DNA of 64,000 nucleotides from Candidatus Danuiimicrobium aquiferis (GTDB lineage Bacteria; Omnitrophota; Omnitrophia; Omnitrophales; Danuiimicrobiaceae). Positions within the stretch are counted from its first letter, which is position 1, and each line of letters begins with the position of its first letter. Of this stretch, positions 22,401 through 34,400 are shown in pieces. The DNA lies in assembly GCA_001804285.1 (NCBI GenBank), contig MHFR01000053.1, positions 15,857 through 79,856 of the forward strand, given 5' to 3'. The notes beneath the pieces are model-generated. The model was given only the letters and a program-made list of their open reading frames with translations, did no database searches and was not told the DNA's origin. Position numbers and translations under genes: made by a program.

Positions 22401-25400
22401 TGAACTTGGGCTCAACATCGGCGAAATGAATATCGGGCTGATCGAGTCTGAACTGATGAGCCAGTTTAAGCCGCTTTAAGTCTTCTACAAGTTTCTGAAT
22501 CAAAGCGTCACTGGGGATTTTATCTTGTTGATATTTTTGCAAGGCCACCAAAAAAGAACCCGCGTCCACTGGTTCGGATGCGCGGGCTTCGGACCTCAAT
22601 TGAGTTTCGAGTTTACCGAAAAAGGGGACAGGCAATCGCTCAACTTGAGTCATATGCCTGTCCCCTTTTTGTTTGTCATTCCCGCGGAAGCGGGAATCCA
22701 GCTGGATCCCCGTTTGCACGGGGATGACACCCTTGTTAGCTTTAAAATTGCGCATTTCCGATCTTCCCGGAGCTCCGAGATATTTAAAGATAGAAGAAAT
22801 TTGATCTTTGAGATGATTGACTCGCCCGTTTTCCACAGATCCCTCAAGTTCTGTTACCGCAACGATTACTTTTCGAAGACCGCTCTGCAACCGTTGATAA
22901 TAACGCTCACGGATTTCCGTAGAAAAATAAACGCGTTGAATTTCCGCAAGCCGTGAACGGAACGACTCCAATCCCAGGGGAAGAATTTGAACCAGTGGCG
23001 TTGTTTTCAAATAATCTCTCAACCCGCCAAGCGCTTGGCGGACAAGCTCATCCCGGTATAACGTATAAATGTTGACCCGGTCTTGTTCAATTCTTGACCG
23101 GATTCTCAAAATCTCATCGATCCGGATTTCAATATACCGTTGCGCGGTTTCGATCGACGTTCTTGCGCCTTCCATATGTCCTTCGCTCAGCATCGTTAAC
23201 GATTGCTGTAAACTGTCCCCGGGTAGCGGGAGCACTTTCCCGCCGGCATCTCTATCGTGAACGGGAGTTTCCCGCCCTCCCAATCCTTTTTTGCCATCCA
23301 AAACTTTACGAATGTCTTGCCGGATCATTTCTGTGATAGTCGGTTCAACTCGTCCTCGTTGAAGAAATGCGGCATACCTTTTCATATTTTCAAGTGCTTC
23401 ACCCAAAATCTGGTGTTGTCCGAAAAACATCCCGAAATCTTCATGGTAATCCCGTAAAATATCATTCCGGCTCCGCAACGCTTCTTCCAAATTATCATAA
23501 TGAATGCCGGTTAAAACGCTTTCGCGTGACGTTCCGCCTCCGGCGACCGGTACATTTTTCCAAACATGCTGCCAAATAATAATTTTGCCGTCCGGAAGGA
23601 TTTCGATCCGTTCAACTGTTTTTTCCCTCGGCGAAAAATTTTTGTTCCGCCATTTGTATTCATAAGAAATGTCTTCGTAGGTTTTGATGATCTGATCGAA
23701 AAGATCGATAATTGAAGCCTGCTTCGGAATCGGAACCAATAATTTTTTTCGAAGCAACAATAATTGTGCTTTTAATTTCCGTTTCAGCCATCGGACGTTT
23801 TTCTTGCTCAATCCGTCGATTTCCAAAAGATTACCGATTTCTTCGGGAAGTTTAAATTGAGAGTTGATATTTGCCAAGATCGGATCGAACTCCGCGATTT
23901 TTGCTTGCAAAGCAACCGCATCATCAACCAAATTGCCCAACTCCTTTAGCGGTTCTATTTCTTCCGGAATATCAGGAATGATCTGGCGGATATTGATGTC
24001 TAATTCGGAAATAATTTCCGCCATGTCGGCAGCAAAGGCCCTTTGAAGTAACACCCGGCTCGATGAATCGGGATGATCTGCCCTTGCACTATTCCATTGG
24101 TGTAATAAGGCCAAAACTTTCCGCCGGCGCCTGTAAAATTTAATAATATTACCATCCGTCACTGCTTCCGCCGCCTTTGCTGATTTCACCGCGGCGCGGG
24201 CTTCAGCCCTCGATACATGTCTCTTGGAACGTATCGAGGACACTTGCGCGCTTTGACCAATGTCTGCTTTGGTACTATTTATATTGTTGCGCGCTTCGGA
24301 GCGCGTCCCCTGTGTCATTCCCACGGAAGTGGGAATCCAGCTGGATCCCCGCGTATCCGCCACTAAAGCGTTGGCGGATCCGACCGCATTGTTTGGCGGA
24401 CGCGGGGATGACAATCCTTGGGCTGTTCCATCGCCTCCGGTCGCTCGCAATAACGTGCCAATTCCGCGGACTTCGGATCGTTGTGCACCTTTCACCCGCT
24501 CGTGGAGACGGAGAAGCGTCTCGCGATTGAAAGAAATGACATCTTCAAGCCGTTCGCCAGCTAAAATTTTCTTTTCGATTTCTCCGCGGAAAGAATCTTC
24601 GATTCCGCCGAACTCATCGTCCGGCATGTGTTTGTAAATCACATCATAAATTACCATTTCAAGCTCGACGAGCTGCTTCACATATTGTTTCCGCATCCGG
24701 TTATTTTGAGTCTCATCCCTGCCAAACAAAATCGTCCGTCCATCTAATGCGTTTAACGTGTCGCGAACATTGCGCAATCGTTTTCGCAACCGTTGATAAC
24801 CCGGATCTTCAAACTGCGGCGGGAAACGGTTCCGCAACTGATCGATTTCTTTGACGGTTTCTGAAATCTTCGCGCCGTCAAGTAGCACCTGCACGGGTTT
24901 CCGGACCACATCCCGCACTTCCATCGTTTTCAGGGCGATGTATTTCGAAATCCTGATATTTTCATCCACATAATTTTCAATATGAAAACGGGCCCAGCGA
25001 ATCGCACGAGCGAGCACCTTGTCGTCCGTAAACAAAAACGCGAGCTCCGCCCCGACCATGTCATCAATCACGATCCTTCTCGAAGGTTTTTTGCCGCGAG
25101 ACGCCCATTCCAGCACATTCGCCAAATTGTCACGGATGTGTTTCCGGGCTTTCTGCCTTGCGTCCGTCACGCCCGGAATATCTTTGTCGAGTTGGCCTTT
25201 TTGAAGTTCTTTTAAACGGCCCAGGGCATCGTCCAAGTATCCCAACATATCGTAAGCCGCCATGTTCGCTTCCGCATAACTCCAAAGCGTGTGATCAAAT
25301 GCGCGCAAAAGATCAAAAACATTATGATACTCGGCCCCGATAAGATCAGCGGAAACGGTATCAATATCGGCTCTTCCATATTGATTAAAATTCGCTTCAA

Positions 25401-28400
25401 TATTTTCTTGCTCTTTTTCATCATCCGCTTTCGATAAAAGAAATTCCTCAATATCATCAAAAATAACGCCATGAAGTCCGTTCTCTTCGATGACCCCGCT
25501 TGTGAACACTTGAACGACAGCATCTACCGAAACCTCGCTGGCTTTGCCTTTGATTTTTCCGCCTTCCTCACGAATCCGCGAAACCACGAAATCCTTAAAT
25601 CCCGGCAATTCCCAATATGGCTGAATCAATTTCTCGACGGAATTTTTTAAATAAGCCCGCTGCCGCCGGTAACCGATCCGCTCGACCACCAGCACATCCC
25701 CTTTGAATAATTTCCGGATTTTCGCTTTCACATCCCCGCGAATTTCACCCGTCGCCGAATCAAGAAGTTCTGAACGGACCTCCTCCGTGCCGAGCACGCT
25801 GCGGAAGAACTCCTTACTTAAAAGATAATTCCCGATACTCCATCCCTTGATGTCTTCTTGTGTCATATAGCGAATGACTTCCCGCCGGCCGGCTTGCCTG
25901 ACGCGTTTCCACAAGAATTCGCGCTTGAGTGCGTTCATGTGATAACGTAGCTGGCGGAAACGTGAGAATAACACTCCGAGCTTCGGCGAATCCGCCGTCA
26001 GATCTCCCTGATTCATTAACTGATCCATCCACGCCGGGTGAAGTTCCATTAATAGAAGCCGGCTGAGCACGTCCATCGCTGCCTGGTTCAGGCGTTTCAT
26101 CCGTTCCGCTTTCGTATCGTCTCCCACATGTTTGGAAAGCCGCCTGACAATGTCTTCGTATTTTTCAGAATACCGTTTGATTTTTTCTCTTAAGACGCTC
26201 ACGCTCGTGATCTGCTCAATCCCCCGAATGGTCCGAATGGACAAAAAGTTGAAATTTTCTTTTGTAAAATCTTCGCGCAATGTTGCGAATTGGCCGACAA
26301 GCCGGACACGGTTTCTTTCGATCTGTTGAAGCTTGGTTTGATCGGGACGTTTCTGAGATGCCTCCTCCTGATACTCTTTCCGGTTGTAATAATATCCGCG
26401 TGCGACGACACTCAACCGGTGAATCAGCGTCCCTTCTCTTTCACGTCCTGCTTGCGGGCGGGCCGGCTCCTCCATGAAATCTCCTTCTTGTCCCAAAATC
26501 CGTTCCTCTCGCAAAGGCTTGCTGCGAACCATCATCGGCGTTCGCTCGGCGGCGGCTTGCCGGTCAACACGATTGAAATAAATGAAAGAACTTGTGATGT
26601 CGGAAAGAAACGTGGCGTCGGAGGAAACTGTTTTGGCGAGTGCAATCCTTGACTTGCCGGCCGCTTGCTGTTCATAAAGAACCGCTATTTTTTTAATTTG
26701 CTCGTTGATCGTTCTGTTTCTTCGAATCCCGTTTTGTCGAAGAACGTCCCGAAGGTAATCGGTCACGGCAAGGCGAATGAGGAGCGAGGCAATCAATCTG
26801 GTTTTTTGGGCGTCTTTTAGTTTTAAAGTTTCTAGATATTCGTAAAATTTATTCAGAATGACGAAGCGTCCTTCATCATCGATCCACGCCAGTTGACTCA
26901 AATCCGTATCCGCATCAAAATAATTCTGGTAAGCGCCGGCCGGAATATTTACTACAATCACGCCTTTCGCATCGATTTTCTTTTTCAAATGATCCAGGAT
27001 TTTTTGCTTGAATGGCCCGCGGACCGTTTCGCTTAACACCGCGCGCGCTTCCGGATTTAATTTCGACGACAACCGCTGCGGCAAGTTTGAAACCCCTCGC
27101 ATGCGTCTCGCGGCTTTCAGCGCTCCGGCTAAAGTCTCTTGAGTTAATTCTTCAAAATTGTTTGCGGCTTCAATTAATTGCGTTCTTTTCTCGCGCAATG
27201 CCTGCTGTTGGTTACGAACTTCGGCCCTGGGTTGAGTTTCGAGTTGATCTCTTTTTCCTAACTCGAAACTCGGAACTCGGGCCTCGGAACTGTTTTTCAG
27301 GCGCGCTTCGCTTCGCGGGACGGCAATCGCCGAATTCACCTGCATCTTCTTCGTCACGTTCGAAAATGCCATGTAATTGCCGATCTTCCCCGGAGGCGTA
27401 TGATTCGGAACCGCAATCCGATGTTCCTTGCCATCTGCGTTAAACGTTACCCTGTATCCTTTTCCGTCCAAAAGCCACGAACTACCCTGTTTGATTTCAA
27501 AGGAAAATGAAACGAGACCGCCGGCGTCGCTTTGAACCGTCAAAACCACTTTTTCATATTGATCAAAATCCGGAAGATATGGCGACAGCCATCCCCCGGC
27601 CCAATTGCTTTCCGCATTCATCGGAATTAATTCGATTCCGGCACCCTCCGAAAGCTGAGCGGCATTCAAATTCCCGTCACCGTGCATCACGGTATAATTG
27701 TTTAATAATTGAGTCCCCGTGCCCGCGGGAACTTCCGGCGCTTCGGGTGCAACCGGGGGCTCTTCCGGCATTTCACCCGGAGGCACCTCAGGTAAGAACA
27801 GCAAATCCGGCAAACCGGGGACTAACTTCGCGCACGCGCCAACAAATCCGGCTAAACCGAAATAAGCAGCGGTCTTTATTAAAAAAGTCCGGCGGGTAGT
27901 ATGTTTAATGTCGCGCATCTTCGGAAGAGACCTCAATGTCTCATCCGAAGAAGTGCTTGCCGCAACCGGCGGCAAGCGCGCTTCGGATCTGCTGGGGCTA
28001 ACAATTTCTTCAGCCGTCAGATTCCTAAGCTCATCATGGTCATACGAATGAAGTGGTTGATACATATTGCCTGGCGCAACTTGAACGCTGCCAGTCCGCT
28101 CAATCCAGCGGCTCGCGTGAATCAAACTATTCCACAAAGCCATTTCAACGCCGTTGAAAATATAGGCTCCCCTCTCTTTTGCTTGAATGAGAAGCGACGT
28201 TGCAAGTGGCATCCGAACCATATCAATCACATACATTCCCTCTGATATCCCGTTCAAGTCTGAAAACGGAAGCTCTTTTCCAGATGCGTTGATCAAAACA
28301 TCAGCATCCGCAAGCAAACGATAAAACTGCTCCTCATTTCCTGTAGCTGCGGTCATGCGGATTCCGGGATAACGTTCCCTCAAAGTTTGTGCGAATGCCT

Positions 28401-31400
28401 CTGCCTGCTCCAAATTCTCTTTGGTTTCAACAAGTCCCAAACTACTGACACCTTCCGCCGCTAACGCTTCCCCCGTTTCCCGCCCTGCGCCTCCAGCGCC
28501 ACCCAACAGGAGAATTTTTTTTCCTTTAAATCCGCCCACTGCATCTCCATACGCATTGATAAAAGCAATACCATCGATTGCATCACCCAGCAACCGCCCA
28601 TTTGATTGTTTAGTAACATGATTGACCGCTCTCACCATTCGAGCTCGCTCAGTTTGCTCGTCAAGATATTTCCCAATCGTTCGCTTCCAGGGCTGTGTCG
28701 CAACCGCGCCTATCACACGAGGATGGCTTCTCACTATATCAATTAATTCCTTGAGTTCTGTTTCACTTTTAACTGCATATGAAATCCTAAGCATATCAAG
28801 CGGAGTTTGGCCCGTGACTTGCGGATAAATTTGCCGGAAGATGTACTCATATTTTTTGTTTGCATTTGTTTTCATCACGTTCGCTTCGTCGCCGATAAAT
28901 AATGCAACTTTTGTATCTTTCGTATACGCCAGTCCGTGTTCTTTCGCGGAAGCTTCCAACCGTTTCTCAAATTCAGCTATTGATATTGTGTCCCTCGCTT
29001 CGGCCCGGTTTTTCCTCGATTTTCCCTCCAATTGCTCAAGAATGGCTGCAAACAAATCAGGCTCTGAGAATAACAAAAGTTTTTCTTCTCTGAAAATTTC
29101 ATCTTCACCTGTGCGTTTTACCTGCAGACTTAGCTGTCCCCCAAGATGTCCCCCTGAAGGAATAATTTTATAATCGAAACCATCTCTCGCCCATGTATAG
29201 ACATCGAGTGTCGCAACAGGCTTTCGAGAAATATCTCCCGGTTTTAACAGCTGCAATTTCCGAAGTATATCTTTGAAAAATGAAGCCTGGGCCCGTTCAT
29301 TTGCTTCTTGTTCAGTCGTTGTGTCGAGCAGTTCCGCCACCAACTTCTGGCCTGTGAGACTCTTGGGATCATCATCTCGTTCTATGCGATATGTAACTTC
29401 AAAGTTATGCCCATCAACCTCATGATCTTCTAATGCATTTAATTTTTGTTCTAAATCCTCGGTCCATTTACGAGGTTGCTCACGAAGCAAGAATATAAAC
29501 TGTTTTAACGCTGTTGAAAAAAAACCAAACCAAAGATTCCACGTTGACCCAATGTCATGCCCTTGAGTCAATGCCCGGTGGATCCGTTCTAATTCTTCTC
29601 GTGACGCATCTATTTGTGTTAAAACAAAATCACCTGTCTCTTGGGTGCTCAAATCACTGGGTTCAGCAAACGCAATGCTTATTTTCCCTTCTAAGATATC
29701 ACCCTTTAGGAAACGAACGACTACCCTTCCAAACCCTTTTCTTGCAGCTGCTAAAATAAATACGGAATGGAATTGTTCTCGAATTTCTTCCGAAGATTGA
29801 TCTTTTCCTACCCGCGCTTCGGCCCGGCCAGCCAGAAAATCAAATCCGTACGGCCTGTATGCCTTTGGATACGGATAATCCTTTTCGAATAAGTAACGGG
29901 GAAACCGCCTAATCCGCCCCTCATCTTCAAGCGCAAGCATATGATCGCAAAAACGCCGGACGGCCGCGTCAATAATTGCCAGATTTTCGGCGCTGAATTC
30001 CGTCCCCGCAGGGAATAATCCGGCGCCCAGATATCCTTTTACACCGTGCGCTTCATCCCATACACGGAGAACTCCGCCGATCTTGTTTTGTTTTTCATTT
30101 ACGTCCTTAATTTGAATAATCGAATCAATAAACACCACAACTTTGTCAGCCCGTTTTCTTTCTTCCGTTTTCTCAGCTTTCCTCGACGCCTGCAATTGGT
30201 CCAGATACCGGCCGAGCCATCTAAAATCTTCGGGAACGATAGGAGAATAGTCCTGCGCACGCTTGGCTGAGAAAATCGCCCTTAGCGTTTCCAAAACATA
30301 CCAGTGCTGACGACGGAGCAGGCCCGGATCAAGAGTCATGTCTTTCGCGATTTCCGCAAGCTTTTCCCGCAGCGAACCAGGCGCCAAGCCGTAGTGCCTC
30401 GCCAATATGGATCTTTTATGTTCATCTAACCGCGCCAAAGCGACTTCGAGCCATTGAAAGAATCTTTCGCGGGTTTCAATATCTTCCCCTTTGGCTTGCG
30501 CATCGCCACGGTCCGGGATGGCCATATTCCTTCTGATTTTGTCGGTGAATTCCTGAAATGGTAACAGGGATTTTGTGCTTGTTCCCAGCGCCTTGCGCTT
30601 GTCATCAAATATTTTTTCGAACTTTTTACGAAAGACTTCCAGATCTGTTTCTAAACTTCCTTTGCCGAGAATTTTTTCGGCCTCGTTAAGGCTCCGGAAT
30701 GCATCATCTATGGCATTTTGCGGGATGGCAACCTCCTCACCGTCCAGACCGCCCCATCTTTCTGCGAGCATTTCAAAAATCGTTGCCCGCACAACCCGGT
30801 GAAGAAACATCAACAAAGGCGTTTTGGCTTTTTGAGTTTTTTTAGCTTTTGGGGAGGCATAATTTTTAAGCGCCAGTATCAACGAGATCCAAACCTGATG
30901 TGCGAAATTCTCCGGCTCAAGTCCGACAGGGATTCCGATCACCTTTGCGAGCAGCCGTGCTTCATCAAATTTTCGCTCGATGGTTCGTTTAAACCGGCGG
31001 CGATTTGGATTGGCGTAGAAAGCAGCCAATTCCCTGATGGCCTCATTGCGGACGGCCGGATCGGAGGAACGTAATTGTTTCACATATCTTTCCAACCTCG
31101 CTCGTCCCCGCCCTCTTGCGCCTTTTTTCGTTCTGACCTCGCTCCGGTTTTTCCAGGGCGCTTTCAGGAATCCGTCCAGTTTCGTTTGCCGGACGTAGTC
31201 ACGCCATGCGGCGTACCGGGCAGGAAGAGGTTCCGCCTCGCTCGGGGCCAGGTCCTCTGCCGTTAAATTAAAATCAACAATCGCTTCAAATAATTCTTTG
31301 GCTGCTGCATTTATTTCCGCATTATTTTTCGCGTCCGACCGTAAAAACATATACATCGTTCCGACGACCATTTGCGCAATCTCCTGATTCCGGACCGCTG

Positions 31401-34400
31401 CTTTCATCGCGTGATGAAGCGTAACCATCACCTGGTTCCTGAAAATTTGCCGCTGTTCGGGTTTCATCACGGGCGACAGGAACAAAGTCATGTGCGTTTG
31501 AAGCAGCCGCTCAAAATCTTCCAGCGCCTGGCCGTGAGACATTTGGGAAGCTGTCGATTGAGACATTTCAATAAACGCTTGCGTCATTTGCCTTAAAGCA
31601 TTTGCTATGGCTTTGCGCGACAACCGGCTGTCTGCAAGTGCGGACAACGCCATTTGAAAACAGGGAATTTCTGTCATGAGTTCGCCGGCATCTTTTTTGG
31701 TGATCCCGTAAAGTTCAACATCATCAGAAACGGCCCTGACTGTTGCGCTCCGTTTGCCTTTAAAAAGGATGATTTCACCGTACAGATTAGGCAGGTTCGG
31801 AACCTGAAGTGTTTCACCGTCTTCGAACTCTACTTGCACGCGTCCGTTGGTAACAAAGAAAATTAAATTTTGACCGTCCGAATACTGATCCAGCCCGGTA
31901 CCGCCCACAATAAATTCTGTGCCGTTTGGAATTCTCTTTAATTTCTGCGTCCGGCCGGCAATTGTAGCGAGATCGTCATCACTCAAAAGATATAGCGGCG
32001 AATCCTCGTTCTCTGCCAATTTTTTCAGGATATCCAGTCCAATTTGTGTACGCGCTTCCGCCCTTGGATGAGTTTCGAGTTGAGCTGTTTGTACTAACTC
32101 GGAACTCGGAACTTGAAACTCGGGATTATTTTCCTCGCGCACTTCGCTCCGCCCGCCCGTCACGGCAAACGCCGGCGTCCAATCGTCATGCGCGGTGCGT
32201 TCGAGGTATTGCAAGTCAGGTTCGGGCGAAACCAGATCAGGCGTTTTTCCCTGCTCTTCAAAAGGATTGACATAAGCGGCGTGCAAACGCAGAAAAACAG
32301 TCCAGATTTTGGTCGTAAAATCTTTATCATTAAATTTCATCAATTTTTCGACCACCAAACTCGCTCGCTTCCGACGTTCCCGATAACTTTCATCCGAATT
32401 CCCTTTCACCACAAGAATATTCCATGCCCGGTTAAATTCCTCATGGCCCCCCCCTTCGTCTTCCGCGAGAAGCGCGCCCAACTCACTCAATAACCGGAGC
32501 ACATTGACTCCCTGCAGATAGGCGCCTTTTTGTTCTTCATCTTTTGGCATGTCGGGATACCAAAAAATATTTTCACCTGACTTCCGTTCCGAAAAATTGA
32601 AACGCCGGTACAAATGGTCTTCGAGAAAATCATCGCTGAAACTGAATAAATCAAAAAATTGAAGACCTTTCACTTTTTTCTCTTTTTGTTCCGGATCCAT
32701 CATGCCGGGGTAAAGCATCGCAAGAATCGCCGTCGCCTCCCCCAAATTTTCCCGGGCAAGTTGCAGAGTGATATCTGAATAACGCTGGTTGGCAGTCTTC
32801 TTTCCTTTTGCATTGTCCACTTGATGCTGGAACTCATGCAAAAGAATTGAGGCGAGGTATCGCCGGACAACCTCATTGAGCATAACAGGCCCGGAAACAA
32901 TTTTATGGTCCTGAAACTCCTCCTGAAAATCCCGTTTGAGCGCTTCCTCGAGCAAAGTCATTAATTGGTCTCGTTCATCCTTCTGAAATTCGTCTTTCCA
33001 CCTCGGCGCGTTGGGCTCGACTTTTCTGCGTTCATTCGTTTTAAGCGTGTCCCATAAATCGGTGATTTGGGCGAGCATGTCTTCTTTGCTCATTTTTCCG
33101 TCGAGAGCCGCAGCGATGATATTCAACATCGAAAGAATGCTCTGACAATATTCGTAAACGAACTCCACATTGACATAAGTCAAATCGGACCCATACTCAT
33201 GAAACGCCATGTGTTTCGCCTCCCTCACCGCGACGGCCGGATAAACGAACATGACGTCATATTTCCCGTCGCCCGGATGACGTTTTTCGCCGCTTTTTTG
33301 TTCCCACGACTCGTATGTTTTGTAGCGGAAAAGGTCAAAACTCCAATGTTGATCTTCCGTTTGCCTTGGATAATAGGTGAGCCCGATAAAATGAAGCGCA
33401 TGAATGCGATCAATAGTCTTGAGGTCCTCCCGGCGGGCTGATGGGTTGTTTGCGGCATCCGCCACGTTCCTGACAAAATCCTTGAGGCCGTTAATCACCT
33501 TGATTTTCCGGTCACTCCGCCAGGCGGGAAAATTGCCATAAAGCGAATGGAAGATTTCCGAAGATATACGGACAAGCGTTTCGGAATTTTTCTTTGAAAT
33601 TTGGCCGGCTCTGGCCCTGGCCGCCCAGGCCGCCAACACTGATTGCGCGATAAAAATCCCGTTACTTCCGGCATCTTTCATTTTCTGGATGGCTATCTTT
33701 TCACGCTCGCCCTTTGCCGCGGGTCGGCCTTCGAGATACGAATCGGCCATGAGAAGCGCACCGGCCACCAAGATCACCACTTTCTCAATAAAATCGGAGA
33801 CGTTATCTCCGGCCAACCGGCGCTCTGAAGCAATGGCTTCGGCGCGAGTTTGAATTTCAGATCTGACAGCTTCGAGATCAATCGCATGATTCTTAACTTC
33901 CTTTTCAATTCCTTGTTCGAGAATTTTTAACACCACTGCTGCTGCAACCCGGGATGTCCGGTCGTCCCTGAAACCTGAATATCCGCTCATTGAAACAATT
34001 TTCTCTACACATCCGGAAACTCCGAGCCCCGCAAAAACAGCCGCAATTTTAAAAAATCTCCGGCGAGTGGGAAAAGCATTGCGCGCTTCGGCCCTCGCTT
34101 GATTCCCTTGCGCCTCGCGAGGACTCTCGTTCGTTTTGATTAATAACTGGTTGGAACTACGTTCAAGGTTATGAACTTCGGCACGTTCAGCTAACGCTTG
34201 GTCCGCCAAAGTACTCTTGCGCGCTTTGATTGATAACTGCTGCGGCTTTTCCAAAACAGGAACAGGTTCTGCGTCCATTGAACCAGAACCTGTCCCCGTT
34301 TTTGGTGTAAGGTTACGCGCTTCGGAACGGAACTTTGTTGCTGAAATTTCAAAGACAGTGGAAACCGGTTCATCTTTAAACCGCTGAAATCTATTTTTCT

